Below are positions 51,504-61,801 of a DNA stretch of 64,000 nucleotides, piece by piece. The stretch lies in the sequence record CP071152.1; one strand, 5' to 3'. The DNA is from a plasmid. The translations under genes and the position numbers were made by a program. The notes beneath the pieces were generated by a model. The model ran no database searches and had not been told where the DNA came from. It saw only the letters and a list, made by a program, of their open reading frames with translations. The first letter of the stretch is position 1. Every line of letters starts with the position of its first letter.

Positions 51504-54500
51504 CTACCTTTTCCACAACGGCAACTGTTCATCAGGCGTTACTGGTCTCTTGCCTTCTTGCACACCTGCTGGCACATCGGTGTTGACCATCCCCTGATCA
51601 GACCCTTTCCCCTCCCCAGTCGGTGTTTGTGGTGCTTCACCTGGATAGGTCAAGTTCATTACAAAACTTGCCACGTTCGTTCCACTACCTTCGGGGCTCG
51701 CAGCATATTGGTGGCCTTTCAGCTTGCGATCCGCTGTTTCTTGCAAATTATTTGCATCAACACGGGTCTGATGCCCATCTGTACCTGTTTGTTCAATCGC
51801 GGCTTTGACCGAATCCTGATTTCGGTTCAAGAGTAACGGTGGAACGTCCTGCCTACCGTTGTCGTATGCGTGATCGCTAGCGACCGTCCCCCTATGCCCC
51901 TGATGCTCTCCCGGTATTCCGCCAGCACCCGCCGTGATAGCTCCCTCTGCACTTGCCTGATTAGCCTCAACCTGACCTTGCAGCGTACTCATGCCACTGC
52001 TGGTTTGGCCTTGGGCACCTCCTATTACCTCGTTGACATTGCCGACACCGGCGTGCGCGGTAATTTCGTCATGATGAGACGTTGTTTCGAGCATCTTGAT
52101 CATCTGTTGTAAACCAACATCTGGATTGGATTTGTCCAGTCTGGTCAACATCTCGTGGGCCACATTCCTATCATCATTGTCCAAGCCACCAACCAACTTA
52201 AACGCCGTTTCGCCAAGCAAACTTGCACTTGCAACGGACCAGGCTGCAACCTCGCTCAAGGTATGATTGGAGCGGCTCATCGCATTTTCATAATAACCTT
52301 GTAGCGATTTCTCCGCGTCCTTTGATAACGTCCCATCACTCTCTATGACGCCAGCCTTGACCAAGGACTCACGATTTGTCGGGTCAGAGGCCATATTCTG
52401 TAAGAAGGCCGCTGCATTAATTTTTTCACCTGTTTGCCCAAGTCGGCCAAAGTCGGTCTTAGCAGCTAACGCGCCTGACTGCACGTAATCCCTAGCCTCT
52501 CGCATTTGCTCGGTCGTCGACCGATTCTCTGCATAGTTCTCAGACGCCGTCGCAACTCTGGTCGCTGCATTGCGATACTCAGCACTATTCGAAAGTGTTT
52601 CTCCTCTGAGGAATTTGCTGGCCTCGTTTAATGTCGCTTGCTCACTGGCTGTCAGGTCGGTGGATTTTGCTGTCGACCTATCGTAACCCGTTGTTCTGGT
52701 GGTACCGGTGGACTCACTGGTGGATTCGCTATATTTATCCCCGGAAGATGTTTTGTACCCACCTCCCGTGCCTGCAATGTTGAAACCCAAGAACCCTTGC
52801 AGTGCTGATTCATAGCCTTCGCTACCATTCATGGCAATCTGAGTGGCTTGCTCCTCACTGACACCCAACCGCTCCTGAATGATTTTTTTCGAATTAGCCA
52901 AGGCAGCTGCCCCATGTTGTAGCTGCTGGCCTTCTTCTCTTGAGAACGATTGATTACTACCAGCCGTATTAGCCATGGCGACCATTTCTTGGACGCTATT
53001 CTGGAATTGGGCTGCCGAGGTTCGCTGCTGAGCAACAGCAGAACCATATGACCTATCTAACGACTGTTTTACAGACCCGCCTATGTCTGCGGTAAGCCCC
53101 AGGTTCTCAGCACCGCCCACCACGCTACCTGCGAACGAATTGGGATCCCAGGACGCAGTTTGCTCGCCCATGGCAGTCTTGCCGTTATCCGGCGCACTGC
53201 TGATGTTGGGTGCGACATAGTGTGAATTGACCGGTGCCTCTGGGGAGGCCTTGGACGCAACCCCAGCCATCCCTTGCACCCCTTTGTAGAGGACAGCCAT
53301 GGCCAACGATGGTATGGCGGCCATCATCATTGAACCAACAGCCAGATAGGTTTGGGCCTTTTCTGCGACCCCTGGCGTCCCGTTCCAGCTCAATGCTGCC
53401 GGGCCAAAATCTCCAGACGTACTCATGTCTGAGGACAGCGCGTAGTTGATGTACGATTCCACCCCCACCGCAATCAGGGGCCACAGATTCGTGAAGAGCA
53501 CAAACATCACATAGGATCCCGCCGCCTGGAGGCCATAGCTACCGGTGACGAGCATGAGAAGCATGACCGGGGCGACGAAGATGGCAAAAAACTCGAAGAA
53601 GGTGATCAACGCGGGGGCGAGTTCGTTGAACATTTCGTATGAGGAGGCCATTTTCACAAGGCGCTGTTCGCTCGCTGTGTACTGCATTTCTGCGGTTTGA
53701 CGACCGACCGAGTCTTGCGCTTCTCGCGTCCCTTTCTTCACTTGGGACCAGACCAAGCGTTGTAGCGACATCTCGTACATGCCGATACCCGAGCCTGTGA
53801 ACATCCTGGTGGCCTGCTGGACAGCCTCATCCTTTATCCCCATGGCCGTGTTGTATCTAGTAACAGCAGCCTTGAACTCGGGACTTTGCAATTGGTTCAC
53901 CAAGTACGTCCACATGTCAGCGCAGGTTTTAACAGCGGGGGTACCGGATTTGACCACGGTCTGCGTCTGCCAAAACGTATTGGTGCTCTTGACCGAGAGC
54001 AACGCATCGGTTGGCGGTGAGTTCAGGATTTTGGTCCATGTGATTTCCTGAGCTGGCCCTCCGGTGATCATGTCCCGACCGACGCAATCACGCATGTAGT
54101 TATTGAGTGACCCACACAGATCCAGGTTGCCGTTCATCATGCAAACCACAGCGGTCGCATAATCCTCCTGATTCAACTTCATCAAGGACCGCAACGGGTT
54201 CAGCCCACCATGACCACTGTCAGATGCGTCGTAACCGTTTAGTGGCGTCACGACACTAAAGGCGGTGCGAAAATCGTCGGTTATCCGTGACAGCAGCGTG
54301 GTCGCCACGCTGCCACTGATAGCTACCAGCAGCGGTACGTTGTCGATAGTCTGTACCTGGCTGGTGATCCGGCTCTCGACTAGCACCGTGACCCGCGTCT
54401 GTGGGCCAGTGAGAATGATAAAAATGATGAGGCCAAAGAAGAAGTTGTGAACCGGTTTTTGTTGGTCGTCGACCACCTTTTGCAGCGCGGTAATGAGCAG

Positions 54501-54659
54501 TTTGAGCAGCGCAAGAACCGCTGCCCCGTAGTAGATGTTATGACCGTCCGAAAACATCATTGCCAGCGCGTTGTATGCCGCAACGATCATCTCAAAATTG
54601 CCAGAAACGTATACGTCCCACATAACCCGATCCTTATTTACCCTGGCCTTGAATTTCAA
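51504..54659 (-). CDS. traG: F-type conjugative transfer protein TraG (mating-pair stabilisation / pilus assembly), 1051 aa
   Basis: Large protein with N-terminal polytopic membrane domain and long C-terminal periplasmic region. It sits downstream of traH in the F-like/IncHI/SXT traF-traH-traG order. Confidence 0.85.
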   Translation of the reverse strand: MKFKARVNKDRVMWDVYVSGNFEMIVAAYNALAMMFSDGHNIYYGAAVLALLKLLITALQKVVDDQQKPVHNFFFGLIIFIILTGPQTRVTVLVESRITSQVQTIDNVPLLVAISGSVATTLLSRITDDFRTAFSVVTPLNGYDASDSGHGGLNPLRSLMKLNQEDYATAVVCMMNGNLDLCGSLNNYMRDCVGRDMITGGPAQEITWTKILNSPPTDALLSVKSTNTFWQTQTVVKSGTPAVKTCADMWTYLVNQLQSPEFKAAVTRYNTAMGIKDEAVQQATRMFTGSGIGMYEMSLQRLVWSQVKKGTREAQDSVGRQTAEMQYTASEQRLVKMASSYEMFNELAPALITFFEFFAIFVAPVMLLMLVTGSYGLQAAGSYVMFVLFTNLWPLIAVGVESYINYALSSDMSTSGDFGPAALSWNGTPGVAEKAQTYLAVGSMMMAAIPSLAMAVLYKGVQGMAGVASKASPEAPVNSHYVAPNISSAPDNGKTAMGEQTASWDPNSFAGSVVGGAENLGLTADIGGSVKQSLDRSYGSAVAQQRTSAAQFQNSVQEMVAMANTAGSNQSFSREEGQQLQHGAAALANSKKIIQERLGVSEEQATQIAMNGSEGYESALQGFLGFNIAGTGGGYKTSSGDKYSESTSESTGTTRTTGYDRSTAKSTDLTASEQATLNEASKFLRGETLSNSAEYRNAATRVATASENYAENRSTTEQMREARDYVQSGALAAKTDFGRLGQTGEKINAAAFLQNMASDPTNRESLVKAGVIESDGTLSKDAEKSLQGYYENAMSRSNHTLSEVAAWSVASASLLGETAFKLVGGLDNDDRNVAHEMLTRLDKSNPDVGLQQMIKMLETTSHHDEITAHAGVGNVNEVIGGAQGQTSSGMSTLQGQVEANQASAEGAITAGAGGIPGEHQGHRGTVASDHAYDNGRQDVPPLLLNRNQDSVKAAIEQTGTDGHQTRVDANNLQETADRKLKGHQYAASPEGSGTNVASFVMNLTYPGEAPQTPTGEGKGSDQGMVNTDVPAGVQEGKRPVTPDEQLPLWKR

Positions 54660-55968
54660 CGAGGAAGCGCATCGTAGCGAGATTGTTTGCCAACCGTTGT
54701 TGGGCCAAGGCAGTCTCGCCCGTCATCGCCTCCATTTGTTGACCCAGGTCGTCCATGGCTTTGTTGAGCTGATCGATATAGGCCACTTGTTTGTCCAGCG
54801 CATTCGTTCCCATCCAGTGCTTTAACCGCACGATGAAGCTCTTGATGGAGCTGCTGATGACTTCATTGGCAATCACCTTTGAGAACAGCTCAATGTTGTG
54901 AGTTGCCAGTCCCGGAGGGGTTTTTTCGAGGTACGTCAAAAATTCGACGGTGAGAATGCTGAGGAACTTTTGATCGCTCGGGGTAAGGGGCTGGCGGGTG
55001 TGCAAGGCGGGGTGCAGCAGGATAAGCCGTTCAGAGATGGTTTGAGCCAGCCCCTTCCAGTCAGCAACAGTCACCGGACCCGGGTTCATACATTTAACGG
55101 CCTCATCACACCTGAGAACAGTTACCTGGTCAGCGGAAAGCAACAAATCCCGAGCTGTCATGGTGGCCGTCTTGGGCGTAGCTTTGATGACTTTCTCGCC
55201 ACTCGAATCAGCCTTGACGCTGACGATCATGGTGCCTAATAACGATTGGATCAGCTCTCTCCAGTTGTAGCTGACCCCCTCAATGGCCCAGTTTTGCACT
55301 GTCTGTTCGTTAAGCTGGTCCCAGACCAGGTTGTACTCCATATCTTTTGCCACTTGTGGGTTGGCTGTAACTACTGCATTGGTTTTGTTGCCGGTGAAGG
55401 TATCGGCCTCGCCCTGGTCACTAAAGAAACCACCGAAAATTGCCTGGGGGTTGATGAGGGAGTTCTCACGTACCTGGTTCATCGTCTCCTTACCCAGCTT
55501 ACTGTTCGACAGCATATCGTTGGTGGCGGTACAGGCATCACGCGACTTGGCGTTGAGCTCGTTGAGCGTATCGGACAACGATTCCAGCGTGGACATACAG
55601 GTAGCGCACACTGCCTGCATCCCGACTGAAAATGCGTATGTGGCTGCACCGTTAGCAATGCCACGCATCACTTGCACCATCTGGTCCTTGTTGATAATCG
55701 AGAACGAGCCAGTGAAAAAGTCGATACCACCGCAACCCACATTGAGCTTGGGTGGCACGACCGAGATGATGTTCGGGGTAACACGCGGGATACGAGCTGA
55801 AAACCCGCCCCCGGTGGCTCCGAACCGTTTGGCTGTGTTGAACGTGGTGGCCGAAGTGCTGTTGCTCATCATGTCCCCAAACACCGTTTTCATGGGGTTT
55901 TCCGCAAATGCGGAGCTACTGGCCACACAACTGATGATCAGCAGTAGCGCACGTATAGAGCGTTTCAT
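54634..55968 (-). CDS. traH: F-type pilus assembly protein TraH (444 aa, signal peptide)
   Basis: Signal peptide MKRSIRALLLIISCVASSSAFA. Conserved TraH regions including NVGCGGIDFFTGSFS. Confidence 0.85.
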   Translation of the reverse strand: MKRSIRALLLIISCVASSSAFAENPMKTVFGDMMSNSTSATTFNTAKRFGATGGGFSARIPRVTPNIISVVPPKLNVGCGGIDFFTGSFSIINKDQMVQVMRGIANGAATYAFSVGMQAVCATCMSTLESLSDTLNELNAKSRDACTATNDMLSNSKLGKETMNQVRENSLINPQAIFGGFFSDQGEADTFTGNKTNAVVTANPQVAKDMEYNLVWDQLNEQTVQNWAIEGVSYNWRELIQSLLGTMIVSVKADSSGEKVIKATPKTATMTARDLLLSADQVTVLRCDEAVKCMNPGPVTVADWKGLAQTISERLILLHPALHTRQPLTPSDQKFLSILTVEFLTYLEKTPPGLATHNIELFSKVIANEVISSSIKSFIVRLKHWMGTNALDKQVAYIDQLNKAMDDLGQQMEAMTGETALAQQRLANNLATMRFLVEIQGQGK

Positions 55969-57098
55969 TGTTCAACTCCTTGTGGTTGCGCCGAGTTAAC
56001 CTGCTGCGTGGTGTAGCTGGGATAATTCAGACGGGTTTCAAATTGCGCGATAAGAGCATCAGGACTGCGCTCAAGGTCGGACTTGGACACTTCAATCAGG
56101 CTGGAGGCGTTTACGCCCGGCTGGCTGCCCTCAGCACGGACAAGCTCACCGGAGGGTGATATTGAGGCCTCATCCGTCATCAGGAATTGGCGCACATCGC
56201 GGGAGTCTTGCAGCTCTTGCTCAGTGATGAATCCAGCGCCCCTTGCCACATAGAGGATGGTTTCCAGAAGTTCATCCATGGGTACCAGCCCCTCACTGAC
56301 CTTGTGGATCTTGGAGCCATCATTGGAGACCAGGAACATGCTCGGGGTCTTCTCGACGCTTAGCTTAGCCGCCATCACTCCGCCCTCATCCACAACCACA
56401 TCGGCAAACTCGCTACCAGGGAGAGGCAGGCCATCCATGGAGACGGCAAGGATGTTGACGTTGTACAACCGTTCCAAGAAATTGAGGATCGGGCCTTCCT
56501 TGATGCAATACTGGCAAGTGCTGGAGTAGAAGAACCACAGACCCGCCTTGTCGAACACCTTCTGGACTGCCGCCGCTTTGCCCGCCTTCACCTGTTCGTT
56601 ATGCGTCGTCAGCTGGAACTGGGTGTCTGGCCGACGGCTGTCTTCATTCAGCTGCGGATTGGCGATATACATCCGCCTGGTTTCATCTTGGAATTTCGTG
56701 GCCATATCCACGGCCATTTTTTGGGCCAGCCAGTACAGCTTCACCTTCTGCATGTCGCCCGGGTTGTTCATGGCGTCGTCGAGCATCTTGGGAAGGTTCT
56801 CGCGTAGCCACTTAACGTCGATTTGCACCATTTCTTCATTGGGTGCGGGAGTCGGTTGTGCCGGTGCTTCTTCATCGGGTGCCGCTTCATCAACCTCCTG
56901 CTCGGCGGGATCCTGGTACCAATGCCAACCCAGCGTGGCCGCATTGCTTTGTCGCTCCAAGCCCTGCATGTAGGCCTCACGCTCTTTCTCTAGCTGCGCT
57001 TGGCGTTCCGCCATCGGATCGGCTGATACCTGCATCCCCGATATGGCTAACAACACGCTCAAAGCCACCATGCCGACTTTTTTCATAATTGCTCTCAT
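55965..57098 (-). CDS. traF: Thioredoxin-fold pilus-assembly protein TraF/TrbB-like (TrhF-like), CxxC motif present
   Basis: Signal peptide, then the thioredoxin-like motif STCQYC. Position upstream of traH with a 4-bp overlap. Confidence 0.7.
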   Translation of the reverse strand: MRAIMKKVGMVALSVLLAISGMQVSADPMAERQAQLEKEREAYMQGLERQSNAATLGWHWYQDPAEQEVDEAAPDEEAPAQPTPAPNEEMVQIDVKWLRENLPKMLDDAMNNPGDMQKVKLYWLAQKMAVDMATKFQDETRRMYIANPQLNEDSRRPDTQFQLTTHNEQVKAGKAAAVQKVFDKAGLWFFYSSTCQYCIKEGPILNFLERLYNVNILAVSMDGLPLPGSEFADVVVDEGGVMAAKLSVEKTPSMFLVSNDGSKIHKVSEGLVPMDELLETILYVARGAGFITEQELQDSRDVRQFLMTDEASISPSGELVRAEGSQPGVNASSLIEVSKSDLERSPDALIAQFETRLNYPSYTTQQVNSAQPQGVEQ

Positions 57099-57468
57099 CT
57101 CACCTGATAGGATAGTTTCTATTATATTCAGTTCAGGGGATCCGCCTAGTGCTAGAAGGTGATTTTTGCGGCATTATTGGCTGGATTGACGTAGGAAGGG
57201 CAGGAAAATGGCTGCGGAGTTGCTGGTGGCCTGACGGTGCCAGCGGGCGTTCTGGGGCTGTGGAGCCGTAGAGGGACTGGAAAAGTTGCCTTCTCTACCG
57301 TTGGCGTACCGCTCTCACAGAGCGGGTCGTTTGGAGCAACTGGAGGGTTACGATCTGGCGGGGCGGGTCATGGTGCAGTTCGAAAGGGCGAAGATCGGCT
57401 GTTCTCGCTGGATGAGGTCGCGCGACCTTGCCCTGAAAGAGCGAACGGAGGAGACGGCTCGCAAGCCA

Positions 57469-58026
57469 CTACACCCGATGGGAATCCCAAGCAAAGGATA
57501 AGCTGATCCCCCCGTGCATCAGCCGATCAACGCAGGACGGGCCCAGTGCATCCGGCAATTCCGAACTGTTCAGATTGGTAATGACCACCGTCGGCAGCAA
57601 CTTGTTATACCGCTCGGAAATTAGGTCGAAGAGAATCGACCTATCCGAGTCGCCACTCAGTCCCACGCCGATTTCATCGACCACAAGCAGATCAACCCCG
57701 GCATAGAAGTCGATCAGCTGTTGCTCTGTGATCTCGGCATCGTACCGGCGACCCGACCTGATGTTGCGAATGACCTTGGGCGCAGTCGTAAACACAACGG
57801 TATGCCCCCGCTCTTCTAGAGCTCGACACAACGCATACCCCAGGTGAGTTTTGCCAGTCCCGGCACTCCCTGTGAAGATCATGCCTACCCCCTCGGCAAG
57901 CCGATCTTGGAAGGTGGCGACATAACGGGAAACCACATCTTTCACCCGCTCTTGCTTCTCATCTTTCGCCTCAAATGAAGCAAGAGTGGCGGATTTGTAG
58001 CGCGGAGGTATCCTCAGAAATTCCAT
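57469..58026 (-). CDS. DnaC/IstB-like AAA+ ATPase (185 aa)
   Basis: Walker A is GSAGTGKTHL, Walker B is LLVVDEIG and sensor-1 is VVITNL. No transposase partner is adjacent, so a replication or transfer role is possible. Confidence 0.6.
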   Translation of the reverse strand: MEFLRIPPRYKSATLASFEAKDEKQERVKDVVSRYVATFQDRLAEGVGMIFTGSAGTGKTHLGYALCRALEERGHTVVFTTAPKVIRNIRSGRRYDAEITEQQLIDFYAGVDLLVVDEIGVGLSGDSDRSILFDLISERYNKLLPTVVITNLNSSELPDALGPSCVDRLMHGGISLSFAWDSHRV

Positions 58027-58033
58027 GTAGTCG

Positions 58034-58771
58034 TCACCGAAGCGGGTTATCGAAGAAGGTGGGAGTGAAGACGTAGGCCTCGCTCAAATCCGAAGCGTAA
58101 AGCTTGTTGATGAACACCGGCACCTCAACCTGATGCTGCCCGCGTACCAGGAACAGACCGGACACGGCACTCCCTTCACTGCGACTCACCATGGCGAAGG
58201 AAGGCATCGTTTCAAGAAAGAAGTGGCCATTGCGTACCAGATGAATACTGCGCTTCGCCTCTACCAGCCATGGGACTTCACCAATGCTGCCAATCGAGCT
58301 CATGAACACCGCATCGAGCGTTCCACCATCGCAATAATCACTGTTCACGCCAAACACGGTGCCATAACGCCCGGGGGTTTCCGCGAAACGCATCTGCATC
58401 GGTGAGCCGTCGACATAGAACTGAACCTCTGGCACCCCTACAACAGGGTTGCGTTTGGTCGAGCCAGAACCGCAAACCAGATCGGTTAGCTCCTCTAAGT
58501 TGCCGGGCGCATAGGCGTGGGAGAGATAGTCGAAGTCCGCATCCGAGACGGCTTGATCATAAGAGAGGGCCGTCACGCCGAGTTCCGCCGTTGAAGAGGC
58601 AATCGAACGCGCACCCAGCAGGGTAACGCTATCGGCCACCCGTTCGTACTGGGCGCTATAACCCGTCTCAGAACGGTTGTACTGCATCGACGGGCCAGAA
58701 GAACACCCAACCAGACCTGCCCCAAACAGGGATAGACACACCCCTTTCACCATGCCGCCAACACTATACAT
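58034..58771 (-). CDS. Putative lipoprotein (start MYSVGGMVKGVCLSLFGAGLVGC)
   Basis: Lipobox LVGC after the hydrophobic signal. No recognisable domain. Confidence 0.5.
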   Translation of the reverse strand: MYSVGGMVKGVCLSLFGAGLVGCSSGPSMQYNRSETGYSAQYERVADSVTLLGARSIASSTAELGVTALSYDQAVSDADFDYLSHAYAPGNLEELTDLVCGSGSTKRNPVVGVPEVQFYVDGSPMQMRFAETPGRYGTVFGVNSDYCDGGTLDAVFMSSIGSIGEVPWLVEAKRSIHLVRNGHFFLETMPSFAMVSRSEGSAVSGLFLVRGQHQVEVPVFINKLYASDLSEAYVFTPTFFDNPLR

Positions 58772-59089
58772 AGTCGACCTCACACTCCCGTTAAGTGCCC
58801 CATAACCACAGATATTGATATTTATCTTGCTAAATTCGAGTATACGCCTAGCCAGTTTGTAATCAATAGTGGTCTGTTGCTTAACCAGCAAGAAGCCCGA
58901 AAGAGCACTACTGCACTCGCTTGGTTTCCTTTAAGGACATTGCATGAGGCGTATAGAAGGCCTATCTGGTTAGTCAGCTAACCGCTTTAAACTACATTGT
59001 GGCTTGACAACCAACCGCGCATAGCAGGAAAATTCACATAGCAACCAAATGGAATATCACACACGCACGCACGAACGGAGTTTAAGAAA

Positions 59090-60118
59090 ATGAGAACAGT
59101 CCACTTCAAACCAGACCTTTGCGCCGTCACAAATAGTCGTGACCCGATAGAACTCAAAAACTCGATTGTCCTCGTAGAAGGAAATTCAGAATATCTCATT
59201 GGTGATGATGCTAAGGATTATGGTGGATCTGGTCAACGCCTCATTGGTGGGTCCATTCAAGACAAACATTATCAGCGGTATATTCAAGCGTTATTGGCCA
59301 AAGGCCTTGGCCCAGGTGACCACACCATCTCAATCGGCTTGTCGGCAGCAGCAAACTACATCGACGAGTTTCGCACAGATAAGAGCAGCAACGTATTGAA
59401 TCAGGAAGATCACAAGCTGCTCGCCGGGTTAGTGGCTGAGATTAGGTTCCGTAGCGGCAGAACCGATGCGCCTATTCAACTTTGCCGTGTGAAATTAAAG
59501 CCGGAGGATGTGCCGGTACTGTACGAAACAGAAGCGGTCCGCAACGTCATACCTAATACCGCAATGACTTTTGGCATATTCCAGATTGGCGGCGGTGACT
59601 GGCAAAGTTTGCTGGTAGTCGACGGCGAAATTAAGCGTGACACTCATGCTCGCGTCGCTGGTATCAGACATTGCATTAGCAGAATGAAAGAGCAGTTCGG
59701 CCTCCAACCAGATACCGCAGAAAAAGCTTGGCATACCGAAACAGCACCGAGCTGGGGCAAGAACCTCTACGCCAGCGAATGGGAAAGCTGCGTCGACGCC
59801 AAGAAAGAAATCGTCCAAAGCTATGTGGCAACGTATTTCCCCGAGTTGGTGAACAAGTTCCAGGGCTATCAGGACCGCATTAAAGCGATTGTCCTCAGCG
59901 GCGGTGCCGTACACGATGCAACGTTTGTAGATGCGCTGATTGCTGAAATGCCTTCTCGCTATTCCATTTACACCATTGACCAGTTCCAAATCATGGAGCC
60001 GGATGGTTCGAAATTAATGGATCCGTCCTTTACCTGTGCGTTTGGCATACACTCTACGGGTGTTAATGTCGGCCTCGATATTGGGAACGCCTATCTCAAA
60101 GGGGTATTCGATGTCTGA
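59090..60118 (+). CDS. parM: Actin-like ATPase, probable type II partition ParM/StbA-like protein
   Basis: Actin-fold motifs are present: phosphate-2-like FQIGGGDWQSLLVVDG, adenosine motif IVLSGGAVHD, and C-terminal GLDIGNAYLKG. It is followed by a small RHH-like gene. Confidence 0.5.
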   Translation: MRTVHFKPDLCAVTNSRDPIELKNSIVLVEGNSEYLIGDDAKDYGGSGQRLIGGSIQDKHYQRYIQALLAKGLGPGDHTISIGLSAAANYIDEFRTDKSSNVLNQEDHKLLAGLVAEIRFRSGRTDAPIQLCRVKLKPEDVPVLYETEAVRNVIPNTAMTFGIFQIGGGDWQSLLVVDGEIKRDTHARVAGIRHCISRMKEQFGLQPDTAEKAWHTETAPSWGKNLYASEWESCVDAKKEIVQSYVATYFPELVNKFQGYQDRIKAIVLSGGAVHDATFVDALIAEMPSRYSIYTIDQFQIMEPDGSKLMDPSFTCAFGIHSTGVNVGLDIGNAYLKGVFDV

Positions 60119-60482
60119 TTTTACCGATTCCGATCGCCGCATCCAAATAAGAGTAGCGCCTGACGCCGTAGTGAAACATCTGACGGACCCGGCGATGGGT
60201 TCGAAACTACGATTGGCACTCAACGGCAAGATTGAAATTCCGCCGGTGCTGGAATATCTGCTCAACGATGCAACAAAGTCGAAAAGGGTAATCGCCCTCT
60301 TGCAGATCATGTTCAGTTATATTGACGACTTCGAACGAAATAACCCGGAAGGATCCTCGGCCCTTGAAAAGGCCACACAAGAAGTAGCCAAGAAAGCGGA
60401 GGCTGGAAATCAGCAGAGTGGTAAGAGTTCCACCCGTAGCAGGCCGACGATGACCTCGAATGACCTTGCAAATTTCAAGTAG
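60111..60482 (+). CDS. parR: Small ribbon-helix-helix-like protein, candidate ParR adaptor (start MSDFTDSDRRIQIRV)
   Basis: N-terminal beta-strand-like RIQIRVAPDAV resembles ParR N-termini. 8-bp overlap with the actin-like gene. Basic, low-complexity C-terminus. Confidence 0.35.
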   Translation: MSDFTDSDRRIQIRVAPDAVVKHLTDPAMGSKLRLALNGKIEIPPVLEYLLNDATKSKRVIALLQIMFSYIDDFERNNPEGSSALEKATQEVAKKAEAGNQQSGKSSTRSRPTMTSNDLANFK

Positions 60483-60507
60483 TAAGTCGTAAAACCAGTA
60501 GCACGAG

Positions 60508-60531
60508 AGGGGCCAACGGGCCCCTTTTTTT
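60508..60531 (+). terminator. Rho-independent terminator after the parMR-like operon (GGGGCC-aac-GGGCCCC + T7)
   Basis: GC stem plus T-tract 26 bp after the stop. Confidence 0.65.
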
Positions 60532-60641
60532 CGCCTTGGCGACCCGCCATACCTTCCCCCCTCCTCACCCAAATCACTTTCCAAAACGCAAGAGTGACCT
60601 CCCTCAAGCCGCAGCAAGGTAGGGCATTAAAATCGAATTTA

Positions 60642-61170
60642 TTCACACAAATTTGTGCGAAGGATTTTTTATGATTGCTCTGATGAGGACATTTGAGACC
60701 CACCCGAAACCGCGGCAGTATTGAAAAGCGCCGAGGAATCCAAATTATTCACACAAATTTGTGTGAAGGATTTTTTAGGTATGGACTCATGTCGATTTGT
60801 GCGACCCATATGACACCCTAAACTGTGTCGAACAGCGAAGAGGTATCCAAATTATTCACACAAACTTGTGCGAATGATTTTGCCGATCGTTCGCCAGATG
60901 CAGTTCTGACGGCTCATCTGGCCAGAAAATTGCCCCGGGCGTGAAGTTACAAGGATGCACTACCAACTCCCCCGGTTAGCAAAAATCATCACACAAATTT
61001 GTGTGAAGAATTTGGCACTTTGGCGCATAGTAAAACGCCTTTAACTATCCTGTCGAATCAGGTATTGTTACTTGGCTGGATCGAAAACTGACCTTTGGAC
61101 CGGCTTCTGGCATACCGGGCACGCCGAAAACCAATTGCGTTTGTGTGAATAATCCAAAGTTTCACACAAA
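60642..61170. promoter_or_regulatory. Array of five related 20-bp palindromic sites (consensus TTCACACAAATTTGTGTGAA) spaced ~106-160 bp apart, plus one extra half-site
   Basis: Sites at 60642-60661, 60748-60767 (perfect palindrome), 60855-60874, 60988-61007 and 61140-61170 (inverted halves with an 11-bp spacer). The extra half-site is at 60795-60804. Each is followed by a T-rich tract. Confidence 0.8.
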
Positions 61171-61198
61171 TATATTTAGGAAAATCAGGGGTAACAAA

Positions 61199-61801
61199 AT
61201 GACGGATTTTGATGATGTCTCTGGGGCTTGTGAGGCAATCGCCATTGAGGTTCAGGGTACTGTCATGCAAACCTCGGATGCACTGTACGACCTGGCACGG
61301 GCAGTGTGTGACCGGTACTGGGCCAAGTTCCAGATGAAAAACCGTAGCCAGGCACACCTCCCGGAAGACAAGCGCCAGCTTGGGAGGTTTGCCCCTTTCG
61401 TGCGTCGGCACCCAGCAAATGGGAAAATTTACATTCGTTGGCGGAATTATCACCCGAGTCGGACTGGCGCTAGGGGGAAAAAGGTTTTTGGTGTGGACGT
61501 ACCCCCATTAAAAACTGGGCACTACCAGCCATCGCAATTTGGTCATCTGGCCCAAGTATGGGAGTTGGAGCTAATTATCAAAACTGAGCAGCAATTAGCT
61601 CAAATCCGGTCTTTGCAAGACCACCTGCACGACATGAACGTTCAATTGAAAAAATCACAGAGGAAGTACCAATGGCAACTGAACAGCAGCAGCAATCTGC
61701 CAATAAACTCAACGGCGCAGCAAATACAGGACGAAGCGGAGAAAATATCGCAGCTCGACCCGCTGCTGGAGCAGTTTCTAAACCAGCCGGGCGCTATGTG
61801 A
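61199..61801 (+). CDS. Hypothetical protein (200 aa from MTDFDDVSG)
   Basis: SD AGGGGTAA before the ATG at 61199. It lies immediately downstream of the palindromic site array. No recognisable domain. Confidence 0.45.
   Translation: MTDFDDVSGACEAIAIEVQGTVMQTSDALYDLARAVCDRYWAKFQMKNRSQAHLPEDKRQLGRFAPFVRRHPANGKIYIRWRNYHPSRTGARGKKVFGVDVPPLKTGHYQPSQFGHLAQVWELELIIKTEQQLAQIRSLQDHLHDMNVQLKKSQRKYQWQLNSSSNLPINSTAQQIQDEAEKISQLDPLLEQFLNQPGAM

Noticed and set aside
58892-59089. GGTTAG-tcag-CTAACC inverted repeat between the divergent lipoprotein and parM-like genes as a possible centromere/operator
   Set aside because: Single short imperfect palindrome without the reiterated repeats expected for a parC site. 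Could equally be chance, so not reported as a feature.
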